From: an uncultured Pelagibacteraceae bacterium
GTDB lineage: Bacteria; Pseudomonadota; Alphaproteobacteria; Pelagibacterales; Pelagibacteraceae
Length of the DNA stretch: 64,000 bases
NCBI GenBank assembly: GCA_902579115.1
Contig: CACHFP010000002.1
Location: 27,251-91,250, forward strand
Direction of reading: 5' to 3'
The translations under genes were made by a program, and so were the position numbers. Below, one piece after another: positions 19,045 to 27,152 of this stretch (positions within the stretch are counted from its first letter, which is position 1; each line of letters begins with the position of its first letter). Under the pieces are notes generated by a model. It had not been told where the DNA came from and searched no databases. It was given only the letters and a program-made list of their open reading frames with translations.

Positions 19045-19760
19045 TAACCAACTTTAGCGAGAATTGGAAAGGTCGTCAAAATATAATAACTTATAACTTG
19101 AATATAATTTGTAGTAATCAAGATGCCAGTAATAAAAAGAATAGCTCCGCCTGATTTTGTAATAGTTCCATAATATTTTCCAAAACCTTTTTTAGAATTT
19201 AAAAATCTACTCATGTAGTATCCTGATAATATAAATGGGATAGCTAAACCTAAAGAATAAAATGATAATAATAAAACCCCTTTGCTAATAGTAGCTTCAG
19301 TAGCAGACAAAGCAATTATAGATCCTAAAACCGGACCAATGCAAGGTGTCCAACCAAATGCAAAAGCTGCTCCAACTATAAAAGGAAATGCATAATTATC
19401 TTTATAACTTGAATTAGTTTGAATTCTTTTTTCAGTGTTTAAAAAAGAAAAATTTAAAAAACCTAACATTTGTAATGAAAAAATAATAATTATTAATCCT
19501 GCAACAATCCGTAATTCATTAGAAAAGAAAAGAAGCACGTTTCCTATTGCAGAAGCGGCCGCTCCAAGTGTTATAAAAACGAAGGAGAAACCTAGTGAAA
19601 AAAGAATAGTTTTAGTCAAAACTATTGATTTGTCTTTATCTATTTCCCCTAAATCTTTTCCAGTAATATAAGAAATGTAACCGGGGATAATTGGTAGTAC
19701 GCAAGGGGTGAGAAAACTTATAAATCCAGCCCCAAAAGCCAACGCAAGTTTAATGATCAT
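19044..19760 (-). CDS. ccdA: Cytochrome c biogenesis / thiol-disulfide electron transfer protein CcdA (DsbD TM-domain family)
   Basis: 6 TM segments with conserved Cys motifs LTPCVLPIIPGY and GWTPCIGPVLG. Confidence 0.75.
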   Translation of the reverse strand: MIIKLALAFGAGFISFLTPCVLPIIPGYISYITGKDLGEIDKDKSIVLTKTILFSLGFSFVFITLGAAASAIGNVLLFFSNELRIVAGLIIIIFSLQMLGFLNFSFLNTEKRIQTNSSYKDNYAFPFIVGAAFAFGWTPCIGPVLGSIIALSATEATISKGVLLLSFYSLGLAIPFILSGYYMSRFLNSKKGFGKYYGTITKSGGAILFITGILITTNYIQVISYYILTTFPILAKVG

Positions 19761-19810
19761 ATTACGTTTATATTTGCCTTTGAACTTTACCGCAATTACA
19801 ATATTGGCTC

Positions 19811-20155
19811 ATGATAATTAAATACGCAGGTTTTTTATTCACTCTTTTATGGTCTTATACTTTCATTAAGTCTCAAAGTATTTTTAAAAAAGGTTCAGGC
19901 ATTTTAATTACTTTATTTGTAACTAATATATCCTGGTTCACATTTATCGCAGCTTGCTTTTATGGCCTTAAAAATTTTAGCTTTTACCATGCTTTACTTG
20001 GTATAGCTCTGAGTATTGTTTTAGTTCACTTAGCTTTTTCTCGACTAACTTTATTCATTAATAATAAATTTCAGGATAAAAACACGCTTTTAAAGATTAA
20101 AACATTTTTTGAATATTTAATTTTGATAACAGTTGGATACTTTATATTTTTTTAA
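19811..20155 (+). CDS. Hypothetical small membrane protein
   Basis: The ORF has 3-4 predicted TM segments. I recognised no family. Confidence 0.35.
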   Translation: MIIKYAGFLFTLLWSYTFIKSQSIFKKGSGILITLFVTNISWFTFIAACFYGLKNFSFYHALLGIALSIVLVHLAFSRLTLFINNKFQDKNTLLKIKTFFEYLILITVGYFIFF

Positions 20156-20709
20156 AAAGTATTAATTTTTGATAAAACTTTAAAATTTTTGTCAGTGATG
20201 ACTAGTTCTCCAGATCTTGTTGTTGCTCCAGTTATTGCCAAGATAATTACATAATGCGTAACTAAAACAAGATTTCCTCCATTACCATTCCAATTATTTA
20301 CATATGTTTTTAAATCCTCAATCTGCTGATTTTCATTTTGGTCGTATGGCGGAGTATAAGTAGAATTTAATGCGGAAAATTCTTTGAAATCGCCAAAAGC
20401 GTATTTAGCAGTATCTTTGCATCTACACCACTGACTTGATAAAACTTTATCGATTTTAACTTTTTTTTCTTTAAAAAATTTACCAATTTTTTTTGCTTGA
20501 TTAATGCCCATGATGTCTAAATTTCTTTGAGTTTTACAATCTCCAATTTTAAATCCTTCTGGATCTCCGCCTCCAGGAGCTTTAGCATGTCTAATTAAAA
20601 TAATTTTATCTCCATCCTGAGCTGGTTTCCAATTTTGTCCTGATGCGTATGTATGAAATGAAATTAACGAGAATATAATTATATGTAGGGAAATAATTTG
20701 CTTCTTCAT
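20152..20709 (-). CDS. Secreted histidine phosphatase family protein
   Basis: Signal peptide followed by the catalytic RHA motif (ILIRHAKAPG) and a later VTH motif. Confidence 0.6.
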   Translation of the reverse strand: MKKQIISLHIIIFSLISFHTYASGQNWKPAQDGDKIILIRHAKAPGGGDPEGFKIGDCKTQRNLDIMGINQAKKIGKFFKEKKVKIDKVLSSQWCRCKDTAKYAFGDFKEFSALNSTYTPPYDQNENQQIEDLKTYVNNWNGNGGNLVLVTHYVIILAITGATTRSGELVITDKNFKVLSKINTF

Positions 20710-20824
20710 GGTGGATGAAATGACAATCTTACAAACTTGTGTCGCCTTGGTCTAGAGGACATGACAGAGCAGATTATAATTTTTTGATTAGTTGTATTAA
20801 AACACTTAATTGGTTTGTGTATAA

Positions 20825-21202
20825 CTACTCGCCTTTTGGTTTAAAGACTAAACATATACCATTGTTGCAATATCGTTTTCCAGTAGGTTTTGGACCGTCA
20901 TCAAAAACATGACCGTGATGACCTCCACATTTTTTGCAATGATACTCAGTTCTTGGATAACCGATGTGCATATCTTTTTTTTCTTCGAATACACCTGGAA
21001 TAGATTCGAAAAAAGAAGGCCAGCCAGAACCGCTCTCATATTTAGTTGTAGACTTAAATAATTTTGTTCCACACCCAACACAGTGATAAGAACCCTCTCT
21101 TTTTTCTTGATTTAAAGGACTGCTACCTGGAGACTCTGTTCCCTCTTGTTTTAAAACATAATTTTGTTCTGGAGTTAAATTTGGATCCCAATCTTTACTC
21201 AT
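20825..21202 (-). CDS. msrB: Peptide-methionine (R)-S-oxide reductase MsrB (cytosolic paralog)
   Basis: No signal peptide. It has [25 protein letters not shown] and RYCNNG. Confidence 0.85.
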   Translation of the reverse strand: MSKDWDPNLTPEQNYVLKQEGTESPGSSPLNQEKREGSYHCVGCGTKLFKSTTKYESGSGWPSFFESIPGVFEEKKDMHIGYPRTEYHCKKCGGHHGHVFDDGPKPTGKRYCNNGICLVFKPKGE

Positions 21203-21770
21203 CTTTTACTTTATCGTCTACACCATAAGGTCTGAAACTACCTTTATTTTCAAACTTGACTGCTTTAGCAGGGATGCCAACCATCGTTGCGTTTTCTGGA
21301 ACATCTTTTACTACAACTGCGTTAGCTGCAATTCTAGAATTGTTACCAACTTTAATTGGTCCGATTATTTGTGCGCCAGAACCGATCACAACATCATTGC
21401 CAATCGTAGGATGTCTTTTCTCATGTCGTTGTCTTTCGCTATCTATGCTAGGAGAACTCCCGCCTAAAGTAACGTTGTGATAAATAGTAACGTTGTCTCC
21501 AATTTCAGAAGTTTCACCGATTACTACACCCATACCATGATCAATAAATAAATTTTTACCTATCTTTGCTCCAGGATGAATTTCAATACCTGTAAAAAAT
21601 CTTATTGTTTGTGAAATAATTCTTGCTATTAGGTCGAATCCAGCCTTGTAAAAAAAGTTTGATATTTGATGGAAGAAAACTGCCTTAACTCCTGGATACG
21701 TAAGTATGATACTAAGTATAGATTTTGCCGCAGGATCTCTTTTTTTTATAGACTCTAAAAAATCATTCAT
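21195..21770 (-). CDS. cysE: Serine O-acetyltransferase
   Basis: N-terminal DPAAKS ... LTYPG followed by left-handed beta-helix hexapeptide repeats ([28 protein letters not shown]). Confidence 0.8.
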   Translation of the reverse strand: MNDFLESIKKRDPAAKSILSIILTYPGVKAVFFHQISNFFYKAGFDLIARIISQTIRFFTGIEIHPGAKIGKNLFIDHGMGVVIGETSEIGDNVTIYHNVTLGGSSPSIDSERQRHEKRHPTIGNDVVIGSGAQIIGPIKVGNNSRIAANAVVVKDVPENATMVGIPAKAVKFENKGSFRPYGVDDKVKDE

Positions 21771-21825
21771 AAGATGTATATAATGACTACTTGATAAATT
21801 TAAAGAAGAATATATATAAATCCTT

Positions 21826-22218
21826 ATGAGTAGCTCATTTCATTTAGCAATCCCAGCTGGAGATTTAAAAAAAGCTGAAGCTTTTTATACCGATATTTTA
21901 GGATGTAAAACTGGAAATCGTGAAGACGGTAAATGGGTCGACATAGATTTTTGGGGTAATGAACTTACCTTGCATCAAACATCTATGAAACTTCCAAGAG
22001 AAAGACACGACGTAGATATGGGCCAAGTTCCAGTTCCACATTTTGGAGTGCATTTAAAAAAAGATGTTTTTAATAAAATTAAAGCAAATATTGAAGCTAA
22101 TAAAATTAACTACATCGACAAACCTTACACTAGATTTGAGGGTACTGAATTTGAGCAAAATACATTTTTTATTGAAGATCCAAACGGAAATGTATTAGAG
22201 TTAAAAACGTTTGACTAA
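21826..22218 (+). CDS. VOC (glyoxalase/bleomycin-resistance/dioxygenase) family protein
   Basis: 130 aa. It has a [10 protein letters not shown] start and a [10 protein letters not shown] end, both typical of VOC folds. Confidence 0.55.
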   Translation: MSSSFHLAIPAGDLKKAEAFYTDILGCKTGNREDGKWVDIDFWGNELTLHQTSMKLPRERHDVDMGQVPVPHFGVHLKKDVFNKIKANIEANKINYIDKPYTRFEGTEFEQNTFFIEDPNGNVLELKTFD

Positions 22219-23554
22219 TAAATCAAATTCATTCATTGAAAATAAAACTCAGTTAATCCAATATTTTAAGGATGGGATAAAAAAAGATACTGATCTTAGA
22301 ATTGGTGTTGAGCATGAAAAATTTCTTTTTAATAAAACAGATTTAAAAAGAATTAATTATGATCAAATTAAGAAAATATTTGAAATTTTAAAAGATAAAG
22401 GTTGGGAACCTCAATTAGAAAAAAATAAGTTAATCGGGTTAAAAAGACAAAATCAAAAAATTACGACTGAACCCGGTTTTCAATATGAATTATCAGGTGC
22501 GCCGTTTAAAAATATACATTCAGTTTGTTCAGAAAATAGTTCTCATTTTAATGAACTGAAAGAAGTTTTTAAGTCGACAAATATTACTACTTCATCAATT
22601 GCATATGACCCATTTAATAAATTAAATGATATCCCTAAAAGTCCAAAAGAGCGTTACTCAATTATGACAGCTGAAATGCCAAAAGGTGGCAAATTAAGTT
22701 TAGATATGATGTACAAAACTGCAGGCATTCAGATTAATTATGATTATATTTCTGAAGAGGATTTTGAAAAAAAATTTAAAATCGGTAACTATTTAGCTCC
22801 CTTAACTATTGCTCTTTTTGCAAACTCTCCTTTTAATGAAAATAAACTCTCAGGTTTTTTATCTTATAGAGGAAAAGTTTGGCAAGAAACTAGTAGAGGT
22901 GGAATAATGCCAATTACTTTTGAGAATGTTAATTTTGAAAAATATATTGATCATGCAATCAATTACCCAATTTTATTTCTTAAAAAAAATGGAAAATATT
23001 ACTCGCCAAACGGTCAAACTTTTAGGGATTTTTTTAATGGCAATTTAAGTTTTTTAAAAGGAGAAAAACCAACTTTAGAAGATTTTGAAAATCACTTAGG
23101 TACTATTTTTACTGAGATAAGATTAAAACAGGTTATAGAGTTTAGATCTTTAGATACATGTAATTTCGGTTGTATTTGTAATGGTCCCTCTTTCTTTACA
23201 GGATTAATTTATGGATCTTTAGATGAGACTTATGAAATAATTAAAAACTGGAAAAAAGAAGAGGTAATGGATGCATATTTAAACGCGCCCAAACAAGGAT
23301 TAAATACTTTGCTAAAAAATAAAAGATTAATAGATTGGGCAAAAATATTTTTAGATATTTCTAAAAAAGGCTTAGACAAAAGAAATGAGCTTAATAAAAG
23401 TGGAAAAAATGAAACAATTTACTTAAAACATATAGAGGAAATAATTAGTAATAAAAAAACTAGAGCGGAAATGCTAATTGAGCAATATAATAAAATAAAA
23501 AAATTAGATTTCTTAATAAATCATGACGAAAATTTTAGCTATTCAGGGTTCTGA
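22211..23554 (+). CDS. gshA: Glutamate-cysteine ligase, plant/alphaproteobacterial type (GCS2)
   Basis: About 447 aa. It has RIGVEHEKF, TEPGFQYELSG and the family length. The only in-frame start is TTG at 22211, which overlaps the VOC gene end. Confidence 0.75.
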   Translation: MTNKSNSFIENKTQLIQYFKDGIKKDTDLRIGVEHEKFLFNKTDLKRINYDQIKKIFEILKDKGWEPQLEKNKLIGLKRQNQKITTEPGFQYELSGAPFKNIHSVCSENSSHFNELKEVFKSTNITTSSIAYDPFNKLNDIPKSPKERYSIMTAEMPKGGKLSLDMMYKTAGIQINYDYISEEDFEKKFKIGNYLAPLTIALFANSPFNENKLSGFLSYRGKVWQETSRGGIMPITFENVNFEKYIDHAINYPILFLKKNGKYYSPNGQTFRDFFNGNLSFLKGEKPTLEDFENHLGTIFTEIRLKQVIEFRSLDTCNFGCICNGPSFFTGLIYGSLDETYEIIKNWKKEEVMDAYLNAPKQGLNTLLKNKRLIDWAKIFLDISKKGLDKRNELNKSGKNETIYLKHIEEIISNKKTRAEMLIEQYNKIKKLDFLINHDENFSYSGF

Positions 23555-24440
23555 TCTTAAAAAAGTAAATATCAAAACTGATACAACTATTCTTTTGGCA
23601 TCTGAGGCACAAAAAAGAGGTTACAAAATATATTATTTTGAACCAGAAAATTTAAGTTTTTTGAATGGAAAAATTTTAGCCCTTTGTAAACATATAAAAA
23701 TCAATGAAAATAAAAAGAAATACTACTCGCTATTAAGAAATGTTAAATTTAATTTAGAAAAATCTAAAATTATATTAATCAGAAATGATCCACCTTTTGA
23801 TAATCGTTATTTATATACAACATTTTTACTGAACCATATCTCTAATAAGGTTAAGATAATAAATCACCCTTTTGCTGTAAGAAATATATCTGAAAAGCTA
23901 TTTTCTATAAATCTAATGAGGTATATGCCTCCAACTTTAATTAGTGAAAACCTTTCAGAAATTAAAAGTTTTTTTAAAAAACACAAAGCTGTTGTTGCAA
24001 AACCTATTAATGGTTTTAGTGGTAATAACGTAATTTTAATGAAAACATTCAATTCAAGCAAAATTAGAAAATTAATAAAAACTAATAATCATTTATTTTT
24101 TCAAAAATTTTTACCTGGGGTTTCTAAGGGTGATAAACGGGTTTTTATAATTAAAGGAAAGATTGTAGGTGCTATTTCGAGGATACCTAAAAAGGGAAGT
24201 ATTTTATCTAATATGAGTAAAGGGGCTAAAGCGAAACTAACAAAGCTCACAAGGAAAGAAGTTAATGTAAGCAAAGTGATTGGAAAATTGTTAGTGAAAA
24301 ATAATATATATTTTGCAGGGATAGATTTCGTACAAGGGAAATTAATTGGTGATATTAATGTAACTAGCCCTACTGGGCTAGCTGCATACAAAGATTTATC
24401 TGGAATAAACCTTGCAAAATTGTTCTGGAATAATATTTAA
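23523..24440 (+). CDS. gshB: Glutathione synthetase (ATP-grasp)
   Basis: The N-terminal domain has DTTILLASEAQKRGY. The ATP-grasp core has GDKRVFIIKGKIVGA and FAGIDF. It follows gshA. Confidence 0.8.
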   Translation: MTKILAIQGSDLKKVNIKTDTTILLASEAQKRGYKIYYFEPENLSFLNGKILALCKHIKINENKKKYYSLLRNVKFNLEKSKIILIRNDPPFDNRYLYTTFLLNHISNKVKIINHPFAVRNISEKLFSINLMRYMPPTLISENLSEIKSFFKKHKAVVAKPINGFSGNNVILMKTFNSSKIRKLIKTNNHLFFQKFLPGVSKGDKRVFIIKGKIVGAISRIPKKGSILSNMSKGAKAKLTKLTRKEVNVSKVIGKLLVKNNIYFAGIDFVQGKLIGDINVTSPTGLAAYKDLSGINLAKLFWNNI

Positions 24441-24447
24441 TTGACAG

Positions 24448-24477
24448 TTGACAAAATCCTGAGTTTGTTGCTATAAA
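24448..24477 (+). promoter_or_regulatory. Candidate sigma-70 promoter of the metY leader
   Basis: TTGACA (24448-24453), an 18-nt spacer, then TATAAA (24472-24477). A second TTGACA sits 7 nt upstream. Confidence 0.4.
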
Positions 24478-24482
24478 CCTTT

Positions 24483-24533
24483 AGCGCTGAGTTAAGGCAA
24501 CTTGCGGGCGCTTTATAAATCCTGCTAAAGCGC
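24483..24533 (+). promoter_or_regulatory. SAM-II-like riboswitch aptamer (SAM-II/SAM-V family), candidate
   Basis: CTTGC and GCTAAAGCG elements resemble the SAM-II core as I remember it. GCGCTTTA (24508-24515) pairs with TAAAGCGC (24526-24533). The element lies upstream of metY, a known SAM-II/SAM-V regulated gene in Pelagibacter. Confidence 0.5.
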
Positions 24534-24546
24534 ATAAGTCATTTAG

Positions 24547-24575
24547 ACCACCGCTTTAGCCGGTGGTTTTTTTTT
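24547..24575 (+). terminator. Intrinsic terminator of the riboswitch expression platform
   Basis: CCACCG (24548-24553) pairs with CGGTGG (24561-24566) around a 7-nt loop, followed by T9. The 5' arm and loop, CGCTTTAGC (24552-24560), are exactly complementary to GCTAAAGCG (24524-24532), giving an antiterminator. Confidence 0.7.
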
Positions 24576-24742
24576 GGAACAATCTTAAATTAAACCGGGT
24601 ATTTGAACCATATTGTACACCTGGCATATGCCGAAGTACTAAAAAGGAGAAGATGAACAGAATTGAACTTCGTTCATTCTTCTCCAGAAAGACGGAGAAA
24701 AAATGAACGAAACAATAAGAGAAACAGTAAGGGGGAAAATCA
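24576..24742 (+). promoter_or_regulatory. Second part of the metY leader: possible SAM-V-like element, SD-sequestering hairpin and two mini-ORFs
   Basis: ATTGTACAC ... GTACTAAAAAGGAG resembles the SAM-V layout. GGAGAAGATGAAC (24646-24658) pairs with GTTCAT(T)CTTCTCC (24672-24685). uORFs lie at 24653-24706 and 24703-24750. Confidence 0.3.
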
Positions 24743-26035
24743 ATGGCTGATTTTAAACATCCGGAAACTATAGGCTTACATGGTAGTGATTATAGAGCTG
24801 ATCCTACTACAACAGCTGTAGCAGTTCCGATTTATCAAACAACTTCTTACCAATTTAAAAATGCAGAGCATGCCGCGAATTTATTTGGTCTAAAAGAGTT
24901 TGGTAACATTTACACACGTATAATGAACCCAACTGTAGATGTACTAGAAAAAAGAGTTGCAGCGCTTGAAGGCGGTGTAGCAGCATGTGCAGTGGGATCA
25001 GGCCAAGCAGCTTCAGCAATGTGTATTCAAAACTTAGCACAGGCTGGAGATAACATTGTTGCTTCGACTGATTTATACGGAGGTACAGTTAACTTATTCA
25101 AAAATACTTTAAGGCAACAAGGTATTGAAGTTAGATTTGCAGATCCTGCAGATCCAAAAAACTTCGAGAAAGTGACTGATGATAAAACAAGAGCTTACTA
25201 TGGCGAGACTCTTCCAAATCCTTATCTTCGTGTTTTTCCAATTAAAGAAGTTTCTGATATCGGTAGAAAAAAAGGTATACCTTTAATTATCGATAACACA
25301 GCTTCGCCAGTAATATGTAAACCTTTAGCTCATGGAGCTGCAATTGTAATGCACTCTTTGACAAAATATATCGGTGGTCATGGTACTTCCATTGGAGGAA
25401 TAATTGTAGATGGAGGAAATTTTGATTGGATTAAAGATAGAAAAAGACAACCTCTATTAAATGAGCCAGATCAAAGTTATCACGGTGCAGTTTGGGCAGA
25501 TGCAGTTCCACAATTAACTGGAGCTAATATCCCATTTGTTATTCGAGCAAGAGTGGTTTTATTGAGAGACTTGGGTGCTCCGTTAAGTCCATTCAATGCT
25601 TTTCAAATTATTCAAGGTTTGGAAACTGTAGCTTTAAGAATGAAACAACATTGTAGCAATGCTGAAAAAGTTGTTAATTTCCTAGATGGGCACAAAAAAG
25701 TTAAAAAAGTAATCTATCCAACAAATTATCAAGGTGAAATTAGAGATAGAGCTAAAAAATATATGCAAGGTGGTTATGGATCTTTGATAGGTATGGATCT
25801 AGGCACAAAAGAAGCAGGAGCTAAGTTTATTGATAACTTAAAAATGCTTTACCATGTAGCAAATATTGGTGATGCTAGAAGCTTAGCAATTCATCCAGCT
25901 ACAACAACTCACAGTCAATTAACTGAGCAAGAAATGTTAGCTGCAGGTGTTACGCCAGGATATGTTCGATTATCAATTGGTATAGAACATCCAGATGATA
26001 TTGTTGCAGATATTAAACAAGCTTTGGCTGCATAA
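24743..26035 (+). CDS. metY: O-acetylhomoserine sulfhydrylase (aminocarboxypropyltransferase), PLP-dependent
   Basis: 430 aa. It has GNIYTRIMNPT, SLTKYIGGHGTSIGG (PLP lysine) and RLSIGIEH. Confidence 0.9.
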   Translation: MADFKHPETIGLHGSDYRADPTTTAVAVPIYQTTSYQFKNAEHAANLFGLKEFGNIYTRIMNPTVDVLEKRVAALEGGVAACAVGSGQAASAMCIQNLAQAGDNIVASTDLYGGTVNLFKNTLRQQGIEVRFADPADPKNFEKVTDDKTRAYYGETLPNPYLRVFPIKEVSDIGRKKGIPLIIDNTASPVICKPLAHGAAIVMHSLTKYIGGHGTSIGGIIVDGGNFDWIKDRKRQPLLNEPDQSYHGAVWADAVPQLTGANIPFVIRARVVLLRDLGAPLSPFNAFQIIQGLETVALRMKQHCSNAEKVVNFLDGHKKVKKVIYPTNYQGEIRDRAKKYMQGGYGSLIGMDLGTKEAGAKFIDNLKMLYHVANIGDARSLAIHPATTTHSQLTEQEMLAAGVTPGYVRLSIGIEHPDDIVADIKQALAA

Positions 26036-26049
26036 AAATTAAACTAGGT

Positions 26050-26074
26050 GGTCCCAATTATTTGTATTGGGGCC
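26050..26074. terminator. Hairpin between convergent metY and the lipoprotein gene
   Basis: GGTCCCAAT pairs with ATTGGGGCC (9 bp including one G-U) around a 7-nt loop. The flanking T-tracts are weak. Confidence 0.35.
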
Positions 26075-26096
26075 ATCGATCTAGAAAAAATAATAA

Positions 26097-26504
26097 TTAC
26101 CTTCTATTATAAATAGTTGATTTTTTTGCTATTTTTTCAATCATAGATATTTCTTTAACTATTTTTTTTGGATACTCTTTCACAATTTCTGTAGTCTTTC
26201 CCATTATATCAGTGCTTTTAGACTTAATTTGTTTTTTAACAATCGTGCAAAATTCAGATCTTGTTATTTCAAATGAAGAAATGCAGGTTTCCTTTTTTTT
26301 CTCAGGATTTTTTTCTTCTGCGTATGCAATAATATGTTCCAAAGGAGTTTTTCCTGTTTGTTTTTTAACTCCATAACTTACTGCTGAATTAAGAGATGAC
26401 TGTAATATTTTTCCGTTAGATGTGCCAGAACCGAGTAATGCTAAAGACTCAGCGCACCCATTAAGTAAGAAAATCGTTGATAATAAAAGCAATATTTTTT
26501 TCAT
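26097..26504 (-). CDS. Small lipoprotein (paralog 1)
   Basis: Lipobox LLNGC after MKKILLLLSTIF. The ORF-track start at 26531 adds 9 residues before a better signal peptide. It is homologous to the next gene. Confidence 0.5.
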   Translation of the reverse strand: MKKILLLLSTIFLLNGCAESLALLGSGTSNGKILQSSLNSAVSYGVKKQTGKTPLEHIIAYAEEKNPEKKKETCISSFEITRSEFCTIVKKQIKSKSTDIMGKTTEIVKEYPKKIVKEISMIEKIAKKSTIYNRR

Positions 26505-26641
26505 GTTTGAAATTTGTTTTAAATGGTTCATATCTGCTTCATCTTTAATTAAAAGTTAATTGTGAACGCATTAATTTTATTAACACAACCCAAGGTTGTC
26601 AAAATCTTTAAATTGGCCAGACTGATTTCGTTTTAGATTTG

Positions 26642-27043
26642 TTAATCTAAGTACTTAATTTTAGATTTTTTATTTATGTTGGGCTGAAGTGATGAAGTAA
26701 GATCTTTTAAAGACCTTTCTTTTGATTTTTCTGAGATCTTCGATTTAGTTATTTTTAATTGTTTTTTAACAATAGCACAAATTTCTGAGTTAGTTTTTTT
26801 AGCGAATGATAGGCAGGGTTCTTTCTTTTTCTGCGGATTCATTTCCTCAGCATATGTCATCATATGTTCCATCGCACTTTTTCCAGTTTGTTTTTTTACT
26901 CCATAATTTACTGCTGTAGAAAAAGCTGATTGTGTAATTTTTCCACCGGTTACTGCGGTAGAGGTAGGTCCTAATAGAGCTAAAGACTCTGCGCAACCAG
27001 TTAGTAACGTGAGTCCAAGCAAACAACCTAAAATTTTTTTCAT
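26642..27043 (-). CDS. Small lipoprotein (paralog 2)
   Basis: Lipobox LLTGC. It shares GCAESLALLG, GKI.QS, YGVKKQTGK, EH..YAEE.NP.KKKE.C and VKKQ with paralog 1. Confidence 0.5.
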   Translation of the reverse strand: MKKILGCLLGLTLLTGCAESLALLGPTSTAVTGGKITQSAFSTAVNYGVKKQTGKSAMEHMMTYAEEMNPQKKKEPCLSFAKKTNSEICAIVKKQLKITKSKISEKSKERSLKDLTSSLQPNINKKSKIKYLD

Positions 27044-27152
27044 TCTCCCTTTTATAATTTCTCTAATTTAAGCAGAGATTTGTTCGTTGTAAAACAAACG
27101 AATCACTCAAAATGAGTTTATATATAATACAACCTATGATGGAAGTACTTTT

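Noticed and set aside
20710-20824. A relatively GC-rich 115-nt spacer containing GGTCTAGAGG, which at first glance resembles a tRNA D-arm.
   Set aside because: I could not build an acceptor stem, anticodon arm or T-arm (no GTTCRANYC) on either strand. It is more likely the promoter (TATAAT on the minus strand at 20778-20773) and 5' UTR of the histidine phosphatase gene.
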